In this document: positions 1-9,355 of the stretch, one piece after another
How positions within the stretch are numbered: position 1 is the stretch's first letter
How the letters are laid out: each line of letters begins with the position of its first letter
Origin: Oscillospiraceae bacterium
Lineage (GTDB): Bacteria > Bacillota > Clostridia > Oscillospirales > Oscillospiraceae
NCBI GenBank assembly: GCA_016290695.1
Contig: JAEEUX010000001.1
Location: 1-31,915 of the forward strand
DNA length: 31,915 bases
Reading direction: 5' to 3'
Made by a program: the position numbers and the translations under genes
Notes under the pieces: model-generated
Database searches by the model: none
What the model was told of the DNA's origin: nothing
The model's input: the letters and a program-made list of their open reading frames with translations, nothing else

Positions 1-30
1 CTTTGAATTTGAAACGGACGGTTTTTATAT

Positions 31-1074
31 ATGCTTATTGCGGAAAAAAACGGAAAAAGGGATTTGAGGTCCATGCTGCCGGAGGAGATAGGCGAGTACC
101 TTGCCTCCATCGGTGAAAAGAACTTTCGTGCAGGGCAGATTTTTAAATGGGTTTCCGCGGGGGCGCACAGCTTCGACGAAATGACAAACCTCTCTATAAG
201 GCTGCGTGAAAGGCTGAATGAGGATTTTTTCCTCGATATGCCCACGATAGCAAAAAAACAGGTCTCGGCGGCGGACGGGACGGTGAAGTACCTTTGGCGC
301 CTTGCCGACGGGAACGCCGTTGAGAGCGTGCTCATGAAATATAAATACGGCAACAGCGTCTGCGTTTCATCTCAGGTCGGCTGCCGAATGGGCTGCGTTT
401 TCTGCGCTTCGACCGGCTGCGGCCTTGTGAGGAATCTTTTGCCGTCTGAAATACTCGCGCAGGTTTTGAGCACGGAGCTTGACTCCGGCGAGAAGATTTC
501 GCATATAGTTATGATGGGCATAGGCGAGCCTTTTGATAATTTTGATAACGTAATGCGCTTTCTCAGCCTTGTAAATCAGCCGGACGGGCTAAATATCGGC
601 ATGAGGCATATTTCACTTTCTACCTGCGGGCTGATAGATATGATTGACAAAATGGCCTCTTTTAATTTACAATTAACATTGTCTGTATCACTGCATGCGC
701 CGGATGATGAAACGCGCAATGAGATAATGCCCGCCAACAGACGCTGCGGGGTGGACGCGCTCATGTCTGCCTGCTCGCGTTATTACGAAAAAACAGGCAG
801 GCGTATTTCGTTTGAATACGCGCTCATTTCGGGCATAAACGATTCCGACGAACAGGCAAGGCTCCTTGCCAAAAGGGTGAAGCCCCTTGCGGCGCACGTT
901 AATATAATTCCTCTGAACAATATCGAGGGTAGTCCGCTAAAACCGGGTAACGCCCGGGCTTTCGCCAAAAAGCTGACCCAGCTCGGCGTGAACGCGACAG
1001 TTCGCCGCCGTCTCGGTTCAGATATAGACGCTGCCTGCGGCCAGCTAAGACGGAAAACGGCGGAGAGAGAATAA
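31..1074 (+). CDS. rlmN: 23S rRNA (adenine(2503)-C2)-methyltransferase RlmN (radical SAM)
   Basis: CxxxCxxC cluster motif (CRMGCVFC), MGIGEP, SLHA and C-terminal DIDAACGQL with the catalytic Cys; canonical position upstream of stp-prkC-rsgA. Confidence 0.95.
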   Translation: MLIAEKNGKRDLRSMLPEEIGEYLASIGEKNFRAGQIFKWVSAGAHSFDEMTNLSIRLRERLNEDFFLDMPTIAKKQVSAADGTVKYLWRLADGNAVESVLMKYKYGNSVCVSSQVGCRMGCVFCASTGCGLVRNLLPSEILAQVLSTELDSGEKISHIVMMGIGEPFDNFDNVMRFLSLVNQPDGLNIGMRHISLSTCGLIDMIDKMASFNLQLTLSVSLHAPDDETRNEIMPANRRCGVDALMSACSRYYEKTGRRISFEYALISGINDSDEQARLLAKRVKPLAAHVNIIPLNNIEGSPLKPGNARAFAKKLTQLGVNATVRRRLGSDIDAACGQLRRKTAERE

Positions 1075-1108
1075 TAAAGGGCATCGTATACTGTTTTCAG
1101 GCAGGAGG

Positions 1109-1852
1109 TTGGCTGAAAAAGTGAGATATTGGGGACTGACCGACAAAGGAAGCGTCAGGGCGGCCAATCAGGATTCGTTCTATGTCGGAAGAATAGAAGG
1201 CATGAACGACGAGATGGTCCTGTGCGTCGTCTGCGACGGTATGGGCGGAGCCGCAGCGGGCGATTTCGCGAGCGTAACGGCGCTGAACGCCTTTAAGGCT
1301 ACAGCAGAAAACCGCCTCCTTGCAGGCGAGTCGCCGGAGCGCGCGATGAAAGCTGCGGCGATAGAAGCCAACCGCACCGTTAAGGCAAAAGCTGACGAAA
1401 ATCCGGATTACTACGGCATGGGGACGACGCTCGTTGCGATATTAGCCTCGCCCAAGCAAGCCGTAATAGCCAACATCGGAGACAGCCGATGCTATATGAT
1501 AAGGGGAGAGACGATTTCCCAGATAACAAAAGACCATTCCCTTGTGGAGACTATGGTAGACAGCGGCGAACTTAGCCGCGAGCAGGCGCAGAGACACCCG
1601 CATAAAAACTACATAACACGCGCTGTCGGAACGGAAAACAGCGTTGAATGCGATATTTTCCAGAAAAAGCTGAAAAAAGGGGACAGACTTCTCCTATGCA
1701 GCGACGGCTTGAGCAATATTGTTAACCAACATGAGATGCTTTATGAAATATGCTTCGGGGATAAGCTCGAAACGGCCGTACGGAGAATGATGGACATTGC
1801 TCTCGGCAGATTCGCACCCGATAACGTTACCGTCGTGCTGCTTGCGGTATAG
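1109..1852 (+). CDS. stp: PP2C-family Ser/Thr phosphatase (Stp1/PrpC)
   Basis: PP2C motifs GSVRAANQD, CDGMGG, MGTT, NIGDSR, CSDGL, DNVT; TTG start after GGAGG; adjacent to a PASTA kinase. Confidence 0.93.
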   Translation: MAEKVRYWGLTDKGSVRAANQDSFYVGRIEGMNDEMVLCVVCDGMGGAAAGDFASVTALNAFKATAENRLLAGESPERAMKAAAIEANRTVKAKADENPDYYGMGTTLVAILASPKQAVIANIGDSRCYMIRGETISQITKDHSLVETMVDSGELSREQAQRHPHKNYITRAVGTENSVECDIFQKKLKKGDRLLLCSDGLSNIVNQHEMLYEICFGDKLETAVRRMMDIALGRFAPDNVTVVLLAV

Positions 1853-1874
1853 CGCGTGAAAGGATATTTTACTA

Positions 1875-3767
1875 ATGGAAAACAATGATAAATATATCGG
1901 CCAGCTTCTTGACGGCAGATATGAAATAATAGAAAAAATCGGCGAGGGCGGAATGGCAATAGTCTATAAAGCGCTTTGCCATCGTCTGAATAGATACGTT
2001 GCAGTGAAGATACTCAAGGATGAGCTCGCGCTGGACGAGGATTTCCTTCGCCGCTTCCATACGGAGTCTCAGGCTGTAGCCATGCTCTCCCATCCGAATA
2101 TCGTGACGGTTTACGACGTGAGCCGTTCGTCGGACTGCGAATATATAGTGATGGAGCTTATCGAGGGCATCACGCTCAAGCAGTATATGCAGAGGCGCGG
2201 CGCGCTTACCTGGAAGGAAGTCCTGCATTTTTCCTCCCAGATAGCAAAGGCTCTGTCACACGCGCACTCGCGAGGGATTATCCACAGAGATATTAAACCG
2301 CATAATATCCTTATCCTTGCCGACAGCAGCGTGAAGGTAGCGGATTTCGGCATAGCGCGGCTGACAAATCTTCAGGATACTCTTACGAATGAAACCCTCG
2401 GTTCCGTGCATTATCTTTCGCCGGAGCAGGCAAAGGGCGGGCATATAGACGCTAGAACGGATATATACTCTCTCGGCGTTATGATGTATGAAATGCTCAC
2501 CGGACGCCTCCCCTTTGAGGGTGACAGCGCTGTCTCCATCGCGATACAGCATATAAGCAGCGTTCCGCTCGCACCGAGGGAGATCAACCCCGAGGTGCCC
2601 GTCGGGCTTGAACAGATTACGATGAGAGCCATGGAGCCGGACCTCGACAAACGTTATCAGTCGGCTGACGAGCTCGTTGCCGAGCTTGAATTTTTCCGCA
2701 AAAACCCTGACGAAAACTTTGACTATACTGAAAGGGAAATTATAGAAACCTTAAATCCGCCGGAGAACAAACCGGGCCAAGGGCCGGAGGGCTATATGAG
2801 ATCTGATTACGGAAGAAATCTTTCAAAGGAAGAATACAAAACGAGCAGCCGCAGGGCTAGGAAGGTTTCTGCGCTCGTTGGTATTCTCTGCGTTTTGGGC
2901 TTCCTCCTTGTCGCCTTCGTGTTCCTTTGGAATTACTGGCTGAAGGACCTTTTCTCCACGCCGGAGACGATGGACGTTCCGAACCTCGTCGGCAGCAAGG
3001 TGGACGACGTTCTTATTAATCCGAGTTATACCGATTATTTCAACATCATCCCCAGTTATGAGCCGAACGACGAGTATGAAAGCGGATATATCTTTGAGCA
3101 GGCCCCCGTCGCGGGAAGAAACGTGATAAAGAGCGACAGGAAGATAGACATCAAGGTAATCGTAAGCAATGGCGAGGATTATCTGACCATGCCCGGCCTT
3201 GTGAATACCGAGTACCGGCAGGCGACGCTTTCACTCCAGCAGATGAAGCTTATCGTCGAGGTCGAGACGGTGAGCAGCTATGACGTTACGGAAAACTATA
3301 TAATCAGCACGATACCCGAGGCGGGCGTGCGTCTCTATGAAGGCGATACCGTTTACCTCACCGTAAGCGCCGGCCCCGAGATAAAATACGTAAACGTTCC
3401 CGGCCTTGTAGGCAGAACCGTCGAGGCCGCCAAGTCCATGCTTGAAAGCTCCAACCTCACCGTCGGCAGCGTGGAAAGCGTTGAGGACGATGCACCCGAG
3501 GGTCAGGTCATTTTCCAGAGCTCGCCGGAGGGAACGGAGGTTGCCGAGCATACGAAGATAAATCTCAGCGTTTCTGCGGGCAGAAAGCCCGAACCCACCG
3601 AGGATATTCCGCAGCCCCCGGATGTAGTTGAAGAACCCGATCCGACGGAGGGCGGAATGCTTTCGCCGGGCGGAGAAGGCGAGGGCGGGGAAGAGCCTCA
3701 GCCCGAAACCCCGCCGGATGAGGGCGGCTTCCTCAGCCCTCCCGACACATCCGTCGAAGAATGGTAA
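1875..3767 (+). CDS. prkC: PASTA-domain Hanks-type Ser/Thr kinase (PrkC/PknB/Stk1)
   Basis: IGEGGMAIVY, VAVK, HRDIKPHN, DFG, HYLSPE; TM helix (LVGILCVLGFLLVAFVFLW); about three PASTA repeats (VPNLVG, MPGLVN, VPGLVG); Pro/Glu/Gly-rich tail. Confidence 0.95.
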   Translation: MENNDKYIGQLLDGRYEIIEKIGEGGMAIVYKALCHRLNRYVAVKILKDELALDEDFLRRFHTESQAVAMLSHPNIVTVYDVSRSSDCEYIVMELIEGITLKQYMQRRGALTWKEVLHFSSQIAKALSHAHSRGIIHRDIKPHNILILADSSVKVADFGIARLTNLQDTLTNETLGSVHYLSPEQAKGGHIDARTDIYSLGVMMYEMLTGRLPFEGDSAVSIAIQHISSVPLAPREINPEVPVGLEQITMRAMEPDLDKRYQSADELVAELEFFRKNPDENFDYTEREIIETLNPPENKPGQGPEGYMRSDYGRNLSKEEYKTSSRRARKVSALVGILCVLGFLLVAFVFLWNYWLKDLFSTPETMDVPNLVGSKVDDVLINPSYTDYFNIIPSYEPNDEYESGYIFEQAPVAGRNVIKSDRKIDIKVIVSNGEDYLTMPGLVNTEYRQATLSLQQMKLIVEVETVSSYDVTENYIISTIPEAGVRLYEGDTVYLTVSAGPEIKYVNVPGLVGRTVEAAKSMLESSNLTVGSVESVEDDAPEGQVIFQSSPEGTEVAEHTKINLSVSAGRKPEPTEDIPQPPDVVEEPDPTEGGMLSPGGEGEGGEEPQPETPPDEGGFLSPPDTSVEEW

Positions 3768-4648
3768 AGGGCATTATATATAAGGCTCTCAGCGGATTTT
3801 ATTATGTGAAAACCGATGAGGGTATGGTGGAGTGCCGCGCGAGAGGGAAGTTTCGTGCGGAAAAGCTGAGCCCGCTCGTAGGGGACGACGTCATTGTGGA
3901 ACTGTCGGAGCCCGGAAAAGGAACGGTTACGGATATTTTGCCGAGAAGAAACTCTTTCCTCAGACCAGCCGTCGCCAATATTGATGCCCTCGTTATGGTC
4001 GTATCCGCGGCTATCCCGGTTACGGATCCGTTCCTGATAGACAGGATTACGGCGATATCCGAGCTGAAAGGCTGCGAAAGCATAATCTGCATTAATAAAT
4101 GCGATATCGATGCTGGCGACGAGCTCTACGATACATATTCCTCCGCTGGTTTCACAGCCCTGAGAACGAGCGCCGTCACGGGAAGCGGCGTTGCCCGGCT
4201 CGGAGAGGTGCTTCGCGGCAAGCGCTGCGCTTTCACGGGAAATTCCGGTGTCGGCAAATCCAGCCTCATAAATGCGCTCCATCCCGGCTTTGATCTCATG
4301 ACGGCGGACGTTAGCCAAAAGCTCGGCAGAGGTCGGCATACCACGCGGCATATCGAGCTTTTTGAGCTTACAAGCGGCGCCGTAATTGCGGATACTCCCG
4401 GCTTTTCCTCGTTTGACACAGAGGCGATAGATCTTGAACTGAAAGAAAAGCTTCCATACCTTTTCAGGGATTTTCGCCCTTATCTCGGTTCTTGCTTTTA
4501 TAACGACTGCGCTCATGTAAAGGAACAGGGCTGCGCCGTTCTGGAAGCGCTCAACAATGGGTTAATAAAGGCGTCGCGCCACAGAAGCTACCTTCGCCTT
4601 TATGAACAATTAAAAAACGTCCATGAATGGAACACAAAAAACAAGTAA
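3761..4648 (+). CDS. rsgA: Ribosome small subunit-dependent GTPase A
   Basis: Circularly permuted GTPase: NKCD, GNSGVGKSS, GRHTTR, DTPG; Zn motif CFYNDCAHVKEQGC; 7-nt overlap with the kinase gene (ATGGTAA). Confidence 0.95.
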   Translation: MVKGIIYKALSGFYYVKTDEGMVECRARGKFRAEKLSPLVGDDVIVELSEPGKGTVTDILPRRNSFLRPAVANIDALVMVVSAAIPVTDPFLIDRITAISELKGCESIICINKCDIDAGDELYDTYSSAGFTALRTSAVTGSGVARLGEVLRGKRCAFTGNSGVGKSSLINALHPGFDLMTADVSQKLGRGRHTTRHIELFELTSGAVIADTPGFSSFDTEAIDLELKEKLPYLFRDFRPYLGSCFYNDCAHVKEQGCAVLEALNNGLIKASRHRSYLRLYEQLKNVHEWNTKNK

Positions 4649-4661
4649 GGAGAAAGAACAA

Positions 4662-5144
4662 ATGGAAGAAAAGTATGGAAAGAAGCTTCACAAGCTTGGA
4701 ACACTGCCAATGGTCTATATGCCGGAGGTTTGCCTCGACGTTGCGCTGATTATCATTTTCGGCGTTATGCTCAACAGCGCAATTAAATCCGGCGCATATG
4801 TTACAGCGGGTGTGGTCGTTTCCTTCATCCTCGCTGCCGCGGTCTTCGTATTCGTTTTCAGGCTCATCTTCGCAGCCCGCGTAGAGATATACGAGAACGC
4901 GATAGTTGTGTTCGGTATCGTAGGCAGCAAGGTTTACGAGGCTGATAGGATAAACGCGATCATTTGGTCTATGCCTGGCGTGAACGCTGTTAACTCCCGC
5001 GCTGCCAGAACGAACAACACCATTGCGGAGCTTATCATAAAGGGTGAACATAAGAGTGTCCGCCTTTCCGACGCGTATTACAGAAACCTCGAAAAGCCTA
5101 TTTCCGCTTTTCAGGTTGCACACAAGATTCCCAAGGAGCTGTAA
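4662..5144 (+). CDS. Hypothetical membrane protein (160 aa, two hydrophobic helices plus a soluble C-terminal part)
   Basis: AAGGAG RBS precedes ATG 4662, so I prefer this start to the track's 4623; two hydrophobic stretches; no family recognised. Confidence 0.75.
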   Translation: MEEKYGKKLHKLGTLPMVYMPEVCLDVALIIIFGVMLNSAIKSGAYVTAGVVVSFILAAAVFVFVFRLIFAARVEIYENAIVVFGIVGSKVYEADRINAIIWSMPGVNAVNSRAARTNNTIAELIIKGEHKSVRLSDAYYRNLEKPISAFQVAHKIPKEL

Positions 5145-5218
5145 TTAAAGCTCATCCCGGTTATGCCGCCAGCCCATGACCCTTCCGGGGCGCGGCAAAC
5201 TGTTCGAAACACCGTTAA

Positions 5219-5261
5219 GCGCGGGACCCGGCAGAAATAAAATTGCCGCGTTCCGCGTTTT
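5219..5261 (+). terminator. Probable intrinsic terminator of the rlmN...rsgA operon
   Basis: GCGCGGGAC-C-CGGCA / 10-nt loop / TGCCG-C-GTTCCGCGT followed by a T-run. Confidence 0.6.
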
Positions 5262-5306
5262 ATTATGCTCATTTATTCATTTGGGGCATAAATATTCATT
5301 TATCAC

Positions 5307-5335
5307 TTGTATTACAAATGAATATTTGATAAAAT
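5307..5335 (+). promoter_or_regulatory. Putative sigma-A promoter of the dxs operon
   Basis: TTGTAT(5307-5312)-N17-TAAAAT(5330-5335) with extended -10 TG at 5327-5328. Confidence 0.55.
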
Positions 5336-5431
5336 TAATTAGTATGTTGGATTATATTGTCCGGGCGGGAGATATTAAGTTCCGCTGATCTGTACTTAGG
5401 CGAGCTTAACTCGTATAGAGGTTGAAATTCT

Positions 5432-7267
5432 TTGTATAACATTCTTGATAATATAAATTCCCCAGAGGACCTTAAAAACCTGAATAAGTCTGAGCTCACG
5501 GAGCTTTGCGGCGAGATACGCGCCTTTTTGCTCGATAACGTATCGAAGACCGGCGGGCATCTGGCATCCAATCTCGGTGTCGTCGAGCTTACCGTCGCGC
5601 TTGAACGGGTGTTCAGCTCGGAGCGCGACAGGCTCCTTTTCGACGTAGGGCATCAGAGCTACGTTCATAAGCTCCTTACGGGCAGACGCGAGCAGTTTTC
5701 CGGCCTGCGCAGGCTCGGCGGCATGGCCGGTTTTCCAAAGCCCTCGGAATCGGACTGCGACGCCTTTATCGCGGGGCATGCGTCCGACGCCGTTTCCGTC
5801 GCGCTCGGCATGGCTCGTGCGCGGTCTATTTCCGGCGAGAATTATAACGTCGTCGCCATTGTGGGCGACGGGGCGATGACCGGCGGCCTTGCTTACGAGG
5901 GGTTGAGCAACGCCGGGCAGAGCGGCGAGCCGATAATCGTTATCCTCAATGATAACGGCATGTCCATAACAGCGAACGTCGGCGGTGTGGCTAAGCTTAT
6001 CGCGCACCAGCGTTCAAAGCCGGGCTACTATAGCTTCAAGCGTGCGTACAGAAACCTCATGAAAGGGCTTCCCGGCGGCAAATACATCTATCAGCTCACC
6101 CACCTTGTTAAGACGAAGCTGAAAAGAGCCTTTGTTAATTACAGTTTTTTCGAGGAAATGGGCTTCCATTATCTCGGCCCTGTGGACGGGCATAATATAG
6201 AAAAGCTCGAGTATATGCTCGATTACGCAAAGAGCCTCAAGGAGCCCGTGCTCATACATGTTGTCACGAAAAAGGGCAAGGGCTACCCTGACGCCGAGCA
6301 AAACCCGAACGCTTACCACGGTGTCGGCCCCTTCGACCCGGAAAAGGGGATCAGCCTCGCCTGCAAGAAAAGCTTTTCAAGCGTCTTCGGGGATAAGCTT
6401 TCTTCTCTTGCGGCTGACGACCCGCGCATTTGCGCCATAACCGCCGCGATGAAGGAGGGAACAGGCCTCGCCGGCTTTGCCGAAAAATTCCCAGACAGAT
6501 TTTTCGATGAGGGTATAGCCGAGGGTCACGCCGTCGCCATGGCGGCTGGCATGGCGAAGCAGGGGCTCATCCCGTTCGTAGCGATTTACTCAACTTTTCT
6601 CCAGCGTTCCTACGATATGCTCATCCATGACGTTGCCATCCTCGGCGTCCATGTTGTCCTCTGCGTGGACAGAGCAGGGCTGGTGGGCAAGGACGGGGAA
6701 ACACATCAGGGCGTTTTCGACGTTCCGTTTTTGCGAAACGTTCCCAATATGAAGATTTATTCCCCCGCGAGCTTTGCCGAGCTTGAGATGATGCTCGACG
6801 GTGCTGCTGCCGACGCCTGCCCCGTCGCGATAAGATACCCGCGCGGCGGCGAGAGCGAGTATAAGGGCGCGAGTGTTGCTCCTGTCGTTTTGCGGCAGGG
6901 AGGAGACGTTACGCTTGTTGCCTACGGTACGATTATAAATAACGTGCTCGGTGCGGCGCGGCTTCTTGAAGAAAGCTCCGTCGGGGCGGAAGTAATCAAG
7001 CCCGGAGTAATAAAACCGCTCGACATGGAGCCCATTGCCGCATCTTTCCGCAAAACCGGGAAGCTTGTGATAATCGAAGAATGTGTTTCGCAGGGCTGCC
7101 TCGGCGAATATATCGCCGCCGAGCTTGCCGGGATGGGTAAGATACTCTGTCTCAACCTTGGCGACAGGTTCATCCCGCATGGTACGCCCGACGAGCTTTA
7201 TGCCCTCGCTGGGCTCGATGCTGAGAGCCTTGCGGAAACTATCAAACGCTTTGCGACTGGTGGCTGA
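5432..7267 (+). CDS. dxs: 1-deoxy-D-xylulose-5-phosphate synthase
   Basis: GGHLASNLG, FDVGHQSY, TPP motif GDGAMTGG...LNDN, DRAG, GETHQG; TTG start after GAGGT. Confidence 0.96.
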   Translation: MYNILDNINSPEDLKNLNKSELTELCGEIRAFLLDNVSKTGGHLASNLGVVELTVALERVFSSERDRLLFDVGHQSYVHKLLTGRREQFSGLRRLGGMAGFPKPSESDCDAFIAGHASDAVSVALGMARARSISGENYNVVAIVGDGAMTGGLAYEGLSNAGQSGEPIIVILNDNGMSITANVGGVAKLIAHQRSKPGYYSFKRAYRNLMKGLPGGKYIYQLTHLVKTKLKRAFVNYSFFEEMGFHYLGPVDGHNIEKLEYMLDYAKSLKEPVLIHVVTKKGKGYPDAEQNPNAYHGVGPFDPEKGISLACKKSFSSVFGDKLSSLAADDPRICAITAAMKEGTGLAGFAEKFPDRFFDEGIAEGHAVAMAAGMAKQGLIPFVAIYSTFLQRSYDMLIHDVAILGVHVVLCVDRAGLVGKDGETHQGVFDVPFLRNVPNMKIYSPASFAELEMMLDGAAADACPVAIRYPRGGESEYKGASVAPVVLRQGGDVTLVAYGTIINNVLGAARLLEESSVGAEVIKPGVIKPLDMEPIAASFRKTGKLVIIEECVSQGCLGEYIAAELAGMGKILCLNLGDRFIPHGTPDELYALAGLDAESLAETIKRFATGG

Positions 7268-7272
7268 TACCG

Positions 7273-8082
7273 ATGAAAAAAGAACGAATTGACGTATTGC
7301 TTGTTCAGCGCGGCCTTTCGCAAAGCCGCGAACGCGCCAAGGCAGATATAATGAGCGGCAACGTATTTGTCGCCGGGCAGCGCGTCGATAAGCCCGGGAC
7401 GACGGTTCCCGAGGACGCGGAGATAGAAATAACGGGCCAGCGTCTCGCTTTTGTGAGCAGGGGCGGACTCAAGCTCGAAAAAGCGCTCGATACCTTCGGC
7501 GTGAACCCGGAAGGGAAAACCTGCATAGACTGCGGCGCTTCCACCGGCGGCTTCACCGATTGCCTTTTGGGGCGCGGCGCGAAAAAGGTCTACGCCATAG
7601 ATGTCGGCTACGGGCAGCTTGCCTGGTCGCTGCGGACGGACGAGCGCGTCGTCGTGATGGAGCGGACGAACATCCGCTATGTCACGCGCGAGCAGGTGCC
7701 GGATGAGCCGGAGCTTGCCGCGATAGATGTTTCCTTCATATCTCTCAGGCTCGTCCTGCCCGTCCTCAAAACCCTCCTCAGCGAGAAGGGCGAAGTGGTG
7801 TGCCTCATCAAGCCACAGTTTGAGGCGGGGAAGGACAAGGTAGGCAAAAAGGGCGTAGTAAGAGACATCCAGACGCATAAGGACGTTTTGAACGATTTTA
7901 AGAAATACTCGGCGGAGCTTGGATTTTCCCTTCTCGGCGTCACGTTTTCGCCGATAAAGGGGCCCGAGGGCAACATAGAATATCTCGGGCATCTCCGCAT
8001 CGGCGGGGAAAGCGCCGAGATAGACACGGACTCGATAGCGGAGCTTTCTCACAGCGAGCTATCGGAAGGGCAGACGAAATGA
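7273..8082 (+). CDS. tlyA: TlyA-family rRNA 2'-O-methyltransferase
   Basis: N-terminal S4 domain, FVSRGGLKL, DCGASTGGFTD, DVSFISL, LIKPQFEAG; conserved dxs-tlyA-nadK-argR-recN block. Confidence 0.93.
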   Translation: MKKERIDVLLVQRGLSQSRERAKADIMSGNVFVAGQRVDKPGTTVPEDAEIEITGQRLAFVSRGGLKLEKALDTFGVNPEGKTCIDCGASTGGFTDCLLGRGAKKVYAIDVGYGQLAWSLRTDERVVVMERTNIRYVTREQVPDEPELAAIDVSFISLRLVLPVLKTLLSEKGEVVCLIKPQFEAGKDKVGKKGVVRDIQTHKDVLNDFKKYSAELGFSLLGVTFSPIKGPEGNIEYLGHLRIGGESAEIDTDSIAELSHSELSEGQTK

Positions 8083-8939
8083 AACAGATTCTCATTTGCT
8101 CCAATTCAGACAGGGCGGGCGGCTGCGAGATAACGCAGCTTGTTTGTGAAAAAATTCTCTCCGTTACGGATAAACTAAAGGTGTTCTTCCCCTTCCGCTC
8201 TGCGGAGGAGTTTAAATACCAGGAGCTCCTTTGCGCGGATGTCAGGGAAGAACTGGGCCGTTCCGGTCTCCTGATCTGCCTCGGCGGCGACGGGACGCTG
8301 CTTTACGGCTCGCATCTCGCGGCGGAGGCCGATATCCCGCTGCTCGGCATCAATTTCGGCCATAAGGGCTTTATCGCCTCGCTTGAGCCGGATGAGCTTG
8401 ATATGCTGGACAGCATCATCGGCGGCGCCTTCACCATCGAGGAAAGAATGATGGTATCCGTTCGCGTTGTACGCGGCGGGGCGACGGTATTTTCGGACTT
8501 CGGCCTCAACGACGTTCTTGTCCGCAGCGTCAGTTCCCATCTCATAAGACCCACCGTTTTTTGCGACGGGGCTATTATGTCGGAGTTTGCCGGCGACGGC
8601 ATCATTGTCGCCACGCCCACGGGTTCGACGGCGTATTCCATGGCTGCCGGCGGCCCAATAGTCGAGCCGGAAGCGAAAAACCTCATAGTAACCCCCATCT
8701 GCGCCCATGCGCTTAACGCGCGGACGATAATTCTCGGCGATAACCGCACAGTCACCGTTTCGCTCAAGCCGAGCGAGGGCTTTAACGTAGTCCTGTCCGT
8801 AGACGGCAAACGCGATTTTGCCATAGAGCACGGCGACAGCATTGAGATAAAAAAATCCTCGCACGTTACAAAACTCGTGAACGCGACGAGGCGGAATTAC
8901 TACGAGATAGTCAACAAGAAGCTTAATATTGATCTCTGA
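8079..8939 (+). CDS. nadK: NAD(+) kinase
   Basis: GGDGT, ND, DG..VATPTGSTAYSMAAGGP motifs; ATGA overlap with tlyA. Confidence 0.94.
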   Translation: MKQILICSNSDRAGGCEITQLVCEKILSVTDKLKVFFPFRSAEEFKYQELLCADVREELGRSGLLICLGGDGTLLYGSHLAAEADIPLLGINFGHKGFIASLEPDELDMLDSIIGGAFTIEERMMVSVRVVRGGATVFSDFGLNDVLVRSVSSHLIRPTVFCDGAIMSEFAGDGIIVATPTGSTAYSMAAGGPIVEPEAKNLIVTPICAHALNARTIILGDNRTVTVSLKPSEGFNVVLSVDGKRDFAIEHGDSIEIKKSSHVTKLVNATRRNYYEIVNKKLNIDL

Positions 8940-8945
8940 CAGAAA
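8932..8945. repeat. 14-bp direct repeat, left copy (ATCTCTGACAGAAA)
   Basis: Identical to 9658-9671; contains the nadK stop codon. Confidence 0.9.
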
Positions 8946-9030
8946 AACAAGAAATGTGAGAGTACGATATGCGAACTAAAATATAAGCTATAATTATTTC
9001 ATGACCGCAGTCACATTGTGTTGCAATTGC

Positions 9031-9059
9031 TTGACAATGACAACTTTACGCGATACAAT
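9031..9059 (+). promoter_or_regulatory. Sigma-A promoter of the TA operon with adjacent palindromes
   Basis: TTGACA(9031-9036)-N17-TACAAT(9054-9059); palindromes CACA-T-TGTG (9012-9020) and GCAATTGC (9023-9030); tandem TGACAA-TGACAA (9032-9043). Confidence 0.8.
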
Positions 9060-9082
9060 AAAGACAGAAGGGAGCTGATAAT

Positions 9083-9355
9083 ATGGCAAACTCATCGCAA
9101 GTAAGCTTTCGCATCGACGAAGATGTAAAGCAGAGCGCGGAACGTGCATTGAATGACATGGGGCTTACCATGTCGGCGGCGATTACTGTCTTTCTGAAAA
9201 AAGTAGGGAGAGAACGCCGCATACCTTTTGAAATATCCGCTGATCCGTTCTATTCCGAAAGCAATATGCGTTATCTTACCAACGTTATTGACGGTATTGA
9301 GGATGGCTCGCGGCCTCTTGTAGAACATGACTTAATCGAGGCAGACGACCAATGA
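9083..9355 (+). CDS. RelB/DinJ-family (ribbon-helix-helix) antitoxin
   Basis: N-terminal VSFRIDEDVKQSAERALNDMGLTMSAAITVFLK...IPFE is typical of RelB/DinJ; acidic C-terminus; ATGA overlap with the toxin; GGGAG RBS. Confidence 0.88.
   Translation: MANSSQVSFRIDEDVKQSAERALNDMGLTMSAAITVFLKKVGRERRIPFEISADPFYSESNMRYLTNVIDGIEDGSRPLVEHDLIEADDQ

Noticed and set aside
511-531. RlmN MGIGEP in place of MGMGEP, raising a Cfr-like resistance methylase
   Set aside because: A common RlmN variant; the housekeeping context (stp-prkC-rsgA) and the DIDAACGQL tail fit RlmN.
3698-4516. 272-aa minus-strand ORF
   Set aside because: Antisense shadow of rsgA/prkC; no recognisable motifs or RBS.
5176-5388. 70-aa plus-strand intergenic ORF
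   Set aside because: Runs through the terminator and the dxs promoter; no RBS; no protein-like features.
5336-5431. Possible TPP riboswitch ahead of TPP-dependent dxs (CTGATC present)
   Set aside because: Lacks the CUGAGA motif and P2-P5 architecture; only small hairpins are present.
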